From the NCBI GenBank assembly GCA_951406725.2, contig OX597816.1, positions 77,562,001 through 77,626,000 of the forward strand: a DNA stretch of 64,000 nt. Direction: 5' to 3'. A program made the position numbers and the translations under genes. Origin of the DNA: Octopus vulgaris (Eukaryota). Below are positions 26,970-38,877 of the stretch, one piece after another. Position 1 is the stretch's first letter. Each line of letters opens with the position of its first letter. Below the pieces are notes generated by a model that was given only the letters and a program-made list of their open reading frames with translations, had not been told where the DNA came from and did no database searches.

Positions 26970-27899
26970 TTAAAACAACCCAGTACTTGTGTTCTTGAGA
27001 CTTAGTCTTATTTTATTGATTTCCAGAGGGATGACTGGATAAGTTGAGATCACTGGGGTTTGGATCTTTGAATGTACACTGATTATTTCAGATTAAGGCA
27101 GAAGTAAAAGATCTGTAGTGGGGTAGGGATTTTCTGTTTGTTTTTCATTAAATTTAACAATCTATGCAACACTCCAATCTAGTGAAGGATCTCCCCCCCC
27201 TCTCCCTTGACTGATAAAGATTTCCATGGAATTCATCTCGTAGATGTCAGCCATGCTTTGTGTTCAGTTATCTGACTTTTTAATGTTTAATTTCTTGCCT
27301 ATTTATTCTAATTCTATTTAATTGTTTAGCTTGGTTTACTAAATGAAGGTGTTAGAAAATGTTATCTATTTTATTAATTTAATCCATTTCAATAATAAAA
27401 AGAAAGAGGTGAAATTTATAATTTTATAGATAAAGGAGAGAAGCACAATTTTTGATAAGATATTCAAATTATTACAATGATGTCTGGTCTGAAGAGATTT
27501 CATCTTGATGAGTGTCATGATAAATTGAAGATGCTGGTATATTCTCAATTTTTGTTTGCTTTGTTATTTTGGCTCTTGTCGTTTCAAAGCAAAGAATTGT
27601 ATGTGGTGGCTAGTAGAATTAGTGAAGCAATAGTCAGAACATTTTGTGGTATTTAGTTATATCTCTTCCTGATTGAAGTTCAAACTCTCCCTAAGTTGAC
27701 TTCGCTTCTGAATTAATAAGTTATTGGTCAAGTACTGGGATTGATAAGAAGACTGTATTCGTTAAGGCCCAGTGTGGCTATAGTTAAATGAGTGAGACTA
27801 ATGAAAGAAAGTCACTTGATGTGATACATTTGAATATATGATAAGTATAAAGGTATTCTCTAAAAATAGCTCTCTGCAGTAAGAGCTTGTAGGATTCCT

Positions 27900-28445
27900 G
27901 AGACACTCGTGAAAGGAAAATAAATGTGTTGGGCCTCACAACATGCTTGAGAAGACCCTTCAAGCCAAGTGAAATTGCAGTTGTGACCGCTGCCAGTGTC
28001 CTGTAACTTGCACTTGTGCTGGTAGTACATAAAAAGCATCCTTTGAATGTTGGGCAATATGCTGTGCTAGAGAAGACCCATCAAGCCAGTGGGCGATGCC
28101 AGTATCATGTACTTGGCACCCATGGCGGCAACACGTAACAAGCACCCATCAAACTTTGGGCCTCACAGAGGCAGTGACAAGTGACCGGGACTTCTGGCAA
28201 TGCACTGCACTTGAGAAGACTTGTGAAGCCAAGTGAGATCGCAGTCGTGGTTGATGCTGGTGTTTTGTAACTGGCACCCACGTCAGTGGCTTGTAAAAAG
28301 CACCCACTACATTTTTGGAGTGGTTGGTTATAGGAAGGGCATCCAGCTGTAAAATCTTTTTGGAACCTGGTACAGCTTACCAGTTTTCAGTCAAACCATT
28401 CGACCCATGCCAGCATGGAAAATGGATATTAAATGATGATGATGT
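27900..28445 (+). mobile_element. RTE-type 3' end variant with internal repeats
   Basis: Repeated CTTGAGAAGACCC.TCAAGCCAAGTG units, GGAAGGGCATCCAGCTGT and a (GAT)n tail. Confidence 0.75.
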
Positions 28446-28797
28446 TGAGTAAAACTACTCAGAGCTAAAGGAAAGAAATTTATATGTTTGGAACTGATGT
28501 TACATAACATAGTGGCAGGGATTTTTCAGTATGAGCCACACTTTATAGTGGGACTGAAGTCCTAAAAATGCTGCAGAACATTTGCTCTAGAGCCAAACTC
28601 ATATCATCCAAAGCAGGAGCAAAACACAAGCACGTATATTCATGGATACGCATACAAGCATTCTCATAGATATGGATACATACACCCCCCCACACACACA
28701 CAATCCTCTTCTTTCTCTCATTTTATCTTACAATTTAGAGAATCTAACAAGGAATCTTTTTTAGACATCCTTAGGAAAATCAAAATTGTTTCATTAA

Positions 28798-29017
28798 CCC
28801 TTTAGCATTTAAATCAGCTGTATCTGGCCTAAATATCCCTCCTGTTTTATGTTCAAACTGGCTTGATCTAACCTCTTACACTTACCCTACAATGTCGTTC
28901 TAAAAATAGACAATTACATCACCAAAATCTCATAGCTATGAGACAATACATAATTAATTCAGAACAATATGAATAAATAAGCATTATATTTGGCAGAATA
29001 ATTTGAATTCTACAGGG
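28798..29017. mobile_element. TTAA-MITE family 2
   Basis: Starts TTAA|CCCTTTAGCATTTAAA; internal sequence matches the 8687 copy. Confidence 0.8.
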
Positions 29018-30101
29018 TCAAACATTTTTTGAATGCTATGATTTTCTACAGTAGATGCTTTTAGAAGAAAAAAAGTTACATTTTGATACTCCTCAAACTT
29101 TTATACTACTCTAGCAGGACCTGTGAATATTTCACAGAATTGATGGTAAACTTATTGGGTTATTTCTGAAAACTCTATCCAAAAAGCTTAGTTTAAAAAA
29201 TTAATAAATACACATTTCACTTGCGACCACATCTCCAGGGACTGAAACAAGTAAAAGAATTAAGAAAAAAAAAGAGAAAACATCCACTAAACTGATGTTT
29301 GAGTAGACAGATTACCAGACAGCCAACCAACCAAAGAATCAGTGGTTCATAGTATGGCACAGTATTTTAACTCTATTTAGCTTTTAAGTATATATAACAA
29401 AATGATGACAGTTCATTGTTGTAAGTAACAACAACTCAGTGGCATTATTGGCTTGAGGTGCTGAGTTCATTTCCTCCAGTTGGAAAGGTCATCTGTGATA
29501 GACCTAAGCTCAATTTGTATTTGTATCTCTGTTGCTTAACAACACATAGATAAGCGCCAGCTATATGAATCTTTGGGACTCAGAAAAAAATTAGTTAGCT
29601 GACTAACGATTGAAACATAACATGATTAGTCAAACATGCTATGCAATACCCTTCATTTATCATTCAGATGGCTTGTTCTTTACTGCTCTTTTCAAAGTAT
29701 ATCTTCATTTTTCTACTCTGATAATTTATATATATAAAGGTTTATAACTGTAAATGTTAATATGTGTCAATTATTCGGTAGCCATGATAAAACATCATCA
29801 CCATCATCGTTTAACGTCCACTTTCCATGCTAGCATGGGTTTGTCACATATTATGTTTACAGATAATTTCCTCTATTTACATAATATCGAGGTGTCTTTC
29901 ATTCTTTTGTTGTCTTACCATTTTTATCAATAAAGGTTTATAACAGTATTTTTCCATAAAACAGAACTTTATAATTCTGTTATAACAAGATCCCAGTATT
30001 ACCATTTATATCAAATCTGTAGTTAATCTATATTGATATGTCTCTGATATATTTTATCCATTCAACCATTACTTTGTTTTATTAATTTTCCATGTACGTA
30101 A

Positions 30102-30321
30102 CCCTTTAGCATTCAAATTACTCTGTCAAATGTAATGCTTATTTATTTACATTGTTTTGGATTAATCATGCATTATCTTGTAGTTTTGAGATTTTGATAA
30201 TGTGGTTGTATATTTTTAGAATAACATTGTCGGGTATGTGCAAGAGGCCAGATCTGGTCAGTTAGAACTTAAAACAGGTAGAATATTTGGGTTGTGTATG
30301 TCTGGTTTAAATGCTAAAGGG
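30102..30321. mobile_element. TTAA-MITE family 2, reverse orientation
   Basis: CCCTTTAGCATT...AATGCTAAAGGG|TTAA. Confidence 0.85.
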
Positions 30322-31145
30322 TTAAACTATCTTCCTTGTTCATGCTGTGAATATTTTAAACTGTCCTTAATACTAAATATCCAAGCATCTTGGCTATTTT
30401 TTTGTTCAGCTTTTCTTATTCATTGGTACTGAATCTCCTTAAATCACTGCAACTTGATATCCTGTTCAAATTAATAGCGCATGCACATGCACACACACAC
30501 ACAAGTGTTTTTCTGTGTGTATACATCTACATTAATAATACACATGCATTTCTTTTTAGTACTAGATGAAATAACCAGGCTGAAAGAATAGCCTATCTGT
30601 CTACAATTCATCTTATTCATTCACATCCAGCTGTTGCATAAACAGATCTCCGTACAGTAAGCTCTACTACCTAACACACGTTGATCAGATATTTATGTCA
30701 ATTTCAATAACAGGACTGAACATGCTTTAATAACTAATAGAAAGTATGTGGCTCTATAATTTACAACATAGCCCTGCTCACTGCAAACGGCTTATTTCTA
30801 TTTCAACTCTTCAGTACAACTGGTTATATAACTTAACTACAGCTTCTTGTTTGTCATATTTCCCTATCTTTGATTGATAGGGTTAGTGTATGAATCAAGT
30901 GACTAGTGTCTGATGAATTTATAACCTTTTGTTTGTGTTTCCAATCTGATTTAACAATTGCTTGCCAATTCTGGTGACTATCTGAATAACTTATGCTAAG
31001 AAGTGATGTTTTATAAGCTGAGAAAAAACAGGTTTTTAAATGGAAAAAGGGTATCTTAATGCAACAAGAAATAAAAGTGGAGAGTTATCATTTAAAAATT
31101 TCCCTTCATAAATTCTTGAATGAAACTTATAAAGAGGCTAGCAAA

Positions 31146-31194
31146 TGAGCATGTGATTTGTGAGGACTTAAAGTCCTCACAAATCACATGCTCA
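31146..31194. repeat. Perfect palindrome, 24-bp arms with a 1-nt spacer
   Basis: TGAGCATGTGATTTGTGAGGACTT-A-AAGTCCTCACAAATCACATGCTCA. Confidence 0.97.
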
Positions 31195-31801
31195 AGAACA
31201 TGATACCTCTCTAAGGCATCCAGTCATAGAAACCAGTCTCAGTGTACAATAGTCCAACTGTGATGATCTATCATTCAACTCATGCCAGCATGGAAAGTAG
31301 ATGTAAAATGTTAATGATGATGACAATTAGTTTCTGTTGCTGTAGCTCTACATCTGAATTACAATAGGTGCAGTATTTGTGAAATTAAGGCGATTGATTA
31401 TTAAAAATATAGTATGAAACTCAAACCAACCACTGGTGACTATTATCTATTATATTGTTTCCTGAGGCGAAGCACATTACTTTTGCTTGCTTCTGTCTGT
31501 TTGGTTTTAATAATTGGTTTTACTTCTACTGAATGGCTGAGTGGTTAGAAGATGAAAAGTCAGCTGTGAAAACATTCTCTCAATGTCATACAGGTGTCAA
31601 AATTGTAAAATCTATCTCATTCATTCTGAGATGATTAACAGTTGTTATGATAGGAAAATATGTTTATGTCAACCTTTTTTGACAAAAACAAAAAAAAAAA
31701 AAAATCACTATTTGTATTTTCTAATTGTCATCCCTGACTGCCTTGGCCACAACCATTATCATCACTGCTGCCTCTGTCTCTGTCACAACTACAGCACATA
31801 C

Positions 31802-33353
31802 TATCACTATCACCCCATTATGTTTGTTCAGTATGTTGGTTCAGTGTTCAGTCCCTCTTTCTCTCACATACCCACTTTTTCTCTCACATACTCTTTCTGT
31901 CTCTTATTACTCCCATTGCTACCATCAACACTACTACTTTTAATAAAAACATCATCAACTCTCCCTAAATTTCTTTGTCTCTCTTTTTCTTCTTCTCTCT
32001 CTCTACCTCTCTCTTTGCCACTGTCCTCACCGTTTCTATGCCTACTGTTACTCTCACCCCACTATGAGCAATAGTAGAAGTGTCAGTGAATATTGAAAGA
32101 GGAGGGGTTGAAGTGACACACTGACACGCAGAAATTAGTTTTCACGTTTATTATATTAGACAGGCTAACTTACTAATTGGACAATATATGGTCTTGCTCC
32201 TTTTTTTGTTAAGCAATTGCTACACTCTCCCTGCCCCTTTCTTCTTTACAGTATTTGCTTTGAAGTCATATATTTATTGCATTTGTTAAATCTTATTGGT
32301 TAAACTATATACACCTATCTTTGATTTTGAGTGGATCATGACAGATGTGTAAACATTAAAAACAGCTTTTCTTTTTTCTTTAACAAATATTTCACGTCTT
32401 TGATGGTACCTATGCCATAGTATGTTTGGCATTGTTCTATCTCTGTAAGTGATCATAGGTGTAACAAATAGATCAGATCAGAGTTTATTGAACTTAAACT
32501 ACTTATCTGACAGTTATTGCATTAGTTCATTTTGCCTTGTACCTTGTTATGGAACCATTGAGATTTGTATTCCAAACCCTACAGTATTTTTTAGTATGTT
32601 TAGTTTGCTATCATAGTCATTTATATATAGCATTGTAACTGTTTCTGATTGTTGAGAGGCTGACCATTTTAGATGGTGAGTTAAAAAACAGGTGCAAGGT
32701 ATGTTCACTTTTCTGCAATTCATACTAGTGTTGCCTAGTAAGATGTAATATGCATTCTTGATTGGTAAATGCGCCACACCTTGTATAAGGCATGTGTGTG
32801 AAAATATAATCTACAATGATATTTAGAAAGAGATGTGTGTGTGTGTGTGCAAGTACATTATATACATATGCATATACAGTGAAAACTTTCTAATCACAGA
32901 TGCTGTCAAATCATCATCATCGTTTAATGTCTGTTTTCCATGCTGGCATGGGTTGGATGGTTTGACTGGGGACTGACAAGCCAGGAGGCTGCACCAGGCT
33001 CCAATCTGATCTGGCAGTGTTTCTACAGCTGGATGCCCTTCCTAATGCCAACCATTACAAGAGTGTAGTGCGTGCCTTTTACGTGCCACCGGCACAGGAG
33101 CCAGTCAGCTGGGACTGGCATCAGCCACATTCGGATGGTACTTTTACATGCTATCAGCACAGAAGCCAGTGGGGGTGGGGAGCTATTGTTATTAAAAATG
33201 CATCATTCTAATGATAATCACACAGACACATGCACTCAAATGTGTGTGTATGAAATAAAAATTGAAGATTGGCATGCATTATTAATATTAAATAGTTCAC
33301 AATTGTTTCAACAAACCCATGGTGACTAATCTTGTGCCATGTTTATAAACATG
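31802..33353. repeat. Left arm of a long inverted duplication
   Basis: Reverse complement of 34594-36291. The 76-aa ORFs 32547-32777(-) and 35182-35412(+) differ by one residue. Confidence 0.95.
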
Positions 33354-34190
33354 TCAATTATTAATTATCTTGTGATATATGCTATAAAAACAGTATTGTT
33401 TTTATAAAAAGTTTGGATGAAACGATTTCCATGGATGCTATGAAAATAAACTGTATAGCATATATTACTAGATCCATTAATAACAGACATGTTAATTAGC
33501 ATTATGCAAGGCACCATGGAATTGTTGAAACAATTGTAAACTATGAATTTAAAGTTATATTGCAGCCTCCATTCTTCAATTTCTCTCTCTCTGTCTCTCT
33601 CCCTCTCAGATGGCAAACTGTGGATGTAAAAAACAGTTGATGGGGAAAATGGTTTTTGTAGACTTTCCATATAGACTGAATGTATAATAATTATAACTTT
33701 TAAGTATTCCATTATGTTAAGTAACTAACCATTTTTTTTTTAATGCAAATTCATTTCTTTTGTGTGCTAGTTACAGAATGTATATGCACACACATAATGT
33801 AAATGAAAAGAGTGCATAACTGGTATACCCCGCTCCCAAATTTCATTTCTCGTAATTATGGTGTTCATTATACATAAGTGTGTATAATATACAAATAACT
33901 ACAGTAGCATCTTTCTTAGCTGAACGCTTTGGGAGTATTTTCACTGACTTGACAAGGATATTTTCAGTTGTATGTAAAAGCACATTCAGTTTGTGCCCTT
34001 TATGCATTCCTGTTACTTTACATTCAGACCCTTGTGGCCAAGTGCATTACATATAAATAAGTCTTCATGCGGACCTGTGTCTTATGTATGGGTTCTGGAA
34101 GAACATAGTAACACAAACCTTTAGATATCCTAGAAGTTTACCACAAGGTAGATATATGCATATTTTCTGGATATGTGTATATTTAAGATA

Positions 34191-34577
34191 CTCTTTTACT
34201 CTTTTAATTGTTTCAGTCATTTGACTGTGGCCATGCTGGAGCACCGCCTTTAGTTGAGCAAATCAACCCCAGAACTTATTCTTTGGAAGCCTACTACTTA
34301 TTCTATCAGTCTCTTTTTCCAAACCACTAAGTTACAGGGAAGTAAACACACCACCATCGGTTGTCAAGCGATGTTGGGGGACAAACACATACACACAAAC
34401 ATACACACACATATATGATGGGCTTCTTTCAGTTTCTGTATACCAAATCCACTCACAAGGCTTTGGTCGGCCCGAAGCTATAGTAGAGGACACTTGCCCA
34501 AGGTGCCATGCAGTGGGACTGAACCCGGAACCATGTGGTTGGTAAGCAAGCTACTTACCACGCAGCCACTCCTGTGC
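34191..34577 (-). mobile_element. SINE family A, full length
   Basis: Reverse complement of family A with a CTCTTTTA-repeat tail. Confidence 0.9.
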
Positions 34578-34593
34578 TTATACAGGAGTGGCT

Positions 34594-35939
34594 GTGTTTA
34601 TAAACATGGCACAAGATTAATCACCATAGGTTTGTTGAAACAATTGTGAACTATTTAATATTAATGATGCACGCCAATCTTCAATTTTTATTTCATACAC
34701 ACACACATTTGAGTGTGTGTGCCTGTGTGATTATATCATTAGAACGATGCATTTTTAATAACAATAGCTCCCCACCCCCACTGGCTTCTGTGCTGATAGC
34801 ATGTAAAAGTACCATCTGAATGTGGCTGATGCTCGTGTCACCTGACGGACTCCTGTGCCGGTGGGACGTAAAAAGCACCCACTACACTGGTTGGTATTAG
34901 GAAGGGCATCCAGCTGTAGAAACACTGCCAGATCAGATTGGAGCCTGGTGCAGCCTCCTGGCTTGTCAGTCCCCAGTCAAACCGTCCAACCCATGCCAGC
35001 ATGGAAAACAGACATTAAACGATGATGATGATGACTTGACAGCATCTGTGATTAGAAAGTTTTCACTGTATATGCATATGTATATAATGCACACATACAT
35101 GTACTTGCACACACACACACACACATCTCTTTCTAAATATCATTGTAGATTATATTTTCACACACATGCCTTATACAAGGTGTGGCGCATTTACCAATCA
35201 AGAATGCATATTACATCTTACTAGGCAACACTAGTATGAATTGCAGAAAAGTGAACATACCTTGCACCTGTTTTTTAACTCACCATCTAAAATGGTCAGC
35301 CTCTCAACAATCAGAAACAGTTACAATGCTATATATAAATGACTATGATAGCAAACTAAACATGCTAAAAAATACTGTAGGGTTTGGAATACAAATCTCA
35401 ATGGTTCCATAACAAGGTACAAGGCAAAATGAACTAATGCAATAACTGTCAGATAAGTAGTTTAAGTTCAATAAACTCTGATCTGATCTATTTGTTACAC
35501 CTATGATCACTTACAGAGATAGAACAATGCCAAACATACTATGGCATAGGTACCATCAAAGACGTGAAATATTTGTTAAAGAAAAAAGAAAAGCTGTTGT
35601 TAATGTTTACACATCTGTCATGATCCACTCAAAATCAAAGATAGGTGTATATAGTTTAACCAATAAGATTTAACAAATGCAATAAATATATGACTTCAAA
35701 GCAAATACTGTAAAGAAGAAAGGAGCAAGGAGAGTGTAGCAATTGCTTAACAAAAAAAGGAGCAAGACCATATATTGTCCAATTAGTAAGCTAGCCTGTC
35801 TAATATAATAAACGTGAAAACTAATTTCTGTGTGTCAGTGTGTCACTTCAACCCCTCCTCTTTCACTATTCACTGACACTTCTACTATTGTTTATAGTGA
35901 GGTGAGAGTAATAGTAGGTATAGAGACGGTGAGGATAGG

Positions 35940-35980
<41 letters not shown>

Positions 35981-36291
35981 GGAGAAAAAGAGAGACAAAG
36001 AATTGTAAACTATGAATTTAAAGTTATATTGCAGCCTCCATTCTTCAATTTCTCTCTCTCTGTCTCTCTCCCTCTCAGATGGCAAACTGTGGATGATAAT
36101 GATGTGATAGTGATACAGATACATCATTTTCATTTATTTATTTCACATAGACAAAGAAATTTAGGGAGAGTTGATGATGTTTTTATTAAAAGTAGTAGTG
36201 TTGATGGTAGCAATGGGAGTAATAAGTGAGAGAAAGAGGGACTGAACACTGAACCAACATACTGAATGATGATAATGGAGTGATAGTGATA
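34594..36291. repeat. Right arm of the long inverted duplication, with templated insertions at ~36001-36150
   Basis: See the left arm. 36001-36095 copies 33532-33625 and 36096-36153 copies ~36271-36329. Confidence 0.93.
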
Positions 36292-37399
36292 CAGATACAT
36301 CATTTTCATTTATTTATTTCACATAGACAGTAGGGCACTATTTAAGCTTGGACTCTACTGCTATATCTGTAGTCTAACATGTGAAACAACCTGATTTGTA
36401 TTAGGATTTAGCATTGGGGTTAGGGTTTAGAGTTAAGGTTAGACTGTACACTTAAATGTAAATGGCCAGGTAGATCACAAGCTAAAGCAGCACTGACATT
36501 GGTCATATCTCAACTAATTTCTAATTAGCTATAAATGACTGAGTGAGTAAATCCTTCGATTTGACAAATTAAAATTTACTCCTTGAGGTTCATGCATGTC
36601 TTGTTATCACTCCTACCTTCACCCCCAGACTCAGTATGCATAATATGCAATTATATGAATGCACATTTATATGAATTCACGCGTGTGTGTGTTTAGTATA
36701 TGTGCATGTATACATACATAAATATGTGAATGTGCATATGTGCTTAGGCACTCTCTGTATAAATATGAGTGCTTATATGTGGATATGGTTGCATATGTAT
36801 GTGTATCCAAATATAAAAGAGATGCAGAGCTAAATCAACAGGCATATAGTGATGTATACACATACAATTATAAAATTGTTTGTACATATAAGAATTTGTC
36901 TATATGTAGGTATCAGTGTGTATATTTTCATGTACACGGATAAACTGACAGACACAGTACACGCATGCAGATACATGTCCATAAGAGTGGTCAAGCAGAG
37001 AGATTTATAGATATGGGTAGTTTGTTAAGTAGATTTATACACGAATATATATGATTATAAATTTGATAGTATTTACGTATCTGTGTATATATCTTTGTCT
37101 GCTCATGTAAATGTATGTATGTATGTATGTATGTATGTATGTATGTATGTATGTGTGTGTGTGTTTGTATGTGTGTGTATGTATGTCAACACCTACCTAC
37201 CTATGTGTATACACTTGGAAAAATATGCATATTTGCAAATATTCCTGTGTATTGTAAGCATACATACACTTCAGACATTCATTACATGATTAGTAGCTCT
37301 CAGGATACTCAGTATGGCAATAATAAATAAATAATTGCAGTCTACTTCTGAATCGAGTGATTTTTCTTCTTGGTTGCAAATTCAGTGGTACACACAGAC

Positions 37400-37512
37400 A
37401 CATGCACACACACGTGAGCACACATACATACATGAGCACACACATGTGAGCACACACACATGTGAGCACACACACATGTGAGCACATACACATGTGAGCG
37501 CACACACACGTG
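37400..37512. repeat. Minisatellite (CACACACATGTGAG)n
   Basis: About 7 imperfect 14-16-bp units. Confidence 0.85.
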
Positions 37513-38846
37513 TATGGAATGATTCAAAAGTCCATTTAATATCAGTATGAACTGGCTAACCATCAAGGTCGTTTGAACTTCTTAATGTATATCCTATCTT
37601 CTCTCTCCCCTTATGTCTCCCTATCTCTGAAAAGCGTTGAGTGCTCCGTGTGGATGACACCTACTGTTAGAGGATGACCTGTGATGACTGGTTTCATGAG
37701 GTTGAACTTCTCAAAAGAGATGACAAAGTCTGCATGTAATAAGTGGCATTCAAGCATGGCAAAATAAATGTTAAAATGGTAGTGCGGGATATAGATTTGG
37801 ATTTAGATTTGTCTGCTTGGAACCCCATCATTAATCTTCTCCCTACCTTATGGCTATACCTTTCCTACAGTCCTGTTGCTTGTATGATGAGGGATGTTAT
37901 TGAATCTCTCCGTATCCAATCCTCTCATTGTCACTCTTTATCTCCATTATTGCTTTTATAATGAGAAATGGTACCTGGGCCTGTTGATATTCTGTTATTA
38001 CTACCATAAGCTATCACTGCCTTTCTCGGATTACTCTCTTTTTTATCACTTACTGATATTCCCCCCCTCTCTCTCTCCAACCTCATTCTTTCTGTCATCC
38101 ATCTTTATTGCTATCCCTTACTCTCTCTCTTCTTTTCATCATTCATTGTTGACATACACCATTCTCCCCCCCCCCCCATTACTTCCTTGTCTATTACTCC
38201 CCCCCCCCATCACATCCCTCATGGTGTTTCTCTCTTCATTCTCTTTACTAGCAACCAACATATCTGTTGCTACTTATCACTGTGTCTCTTCCATTACTAT
38301 TCCTTTATTCCTCTCTCACTTCCTAGTCTTTTCCCTCCATCTTAATCCCTCTTCTCTCACTTTTTTGCCTTGGATTTCTCTCTTTTATCAGAGAAAGTGA
38401 GAGAGAGAGAGAGAGAGAAATGATAGATCCCATTGACCTTGCCAAAGACAAAAATGACCTCTTTAGTGATGGAACCATTAGGTGTACCCAGAATGTTCTG
38501 TTTAGTGGCTGGTGTTAGGAAGAGCAAAATGGAATGTATAGGCAAGTTGTAGTACCTGACCTGTTTAAGAAGTTACTTCAAGCAAGAATTGATTATGAGC
38601 AACATGGAAAGTGGACATAAAATGCCAAATGTGTGTGTGCTTGCACACATGTATTTTTATTACTGTTTTAAGTTACTGGACTGTGGCCATGCTGAAACAT
38701 TGTTTTGAAGTATTTAGTAAATTGCACCTACCCCTACTTTTTTAAAAAATTATTATTTCAGTCTATTATTTTATCATTCTATATTTCTTGAATCTCCATG
38801 TTTCACTTATTGGCACATACTTATTTATGGAAAGCGGACGTTAAAC

Positions 38847-38877
<31 letters not shown>

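Noticed and set aside
32547-35412. Duplicated 76-aa ORF as a gene pair
   Set aside because: The identity comes from the inverted duplication; there are no protein-like features and the start is non-ATG.
37894-38400. 168-aa hydrophobic ORF (also 31583-32074 and 1484-1948)
   Set aside because: C/T-rich low-complexity DNA lacks stop codons by composition; no motifs.
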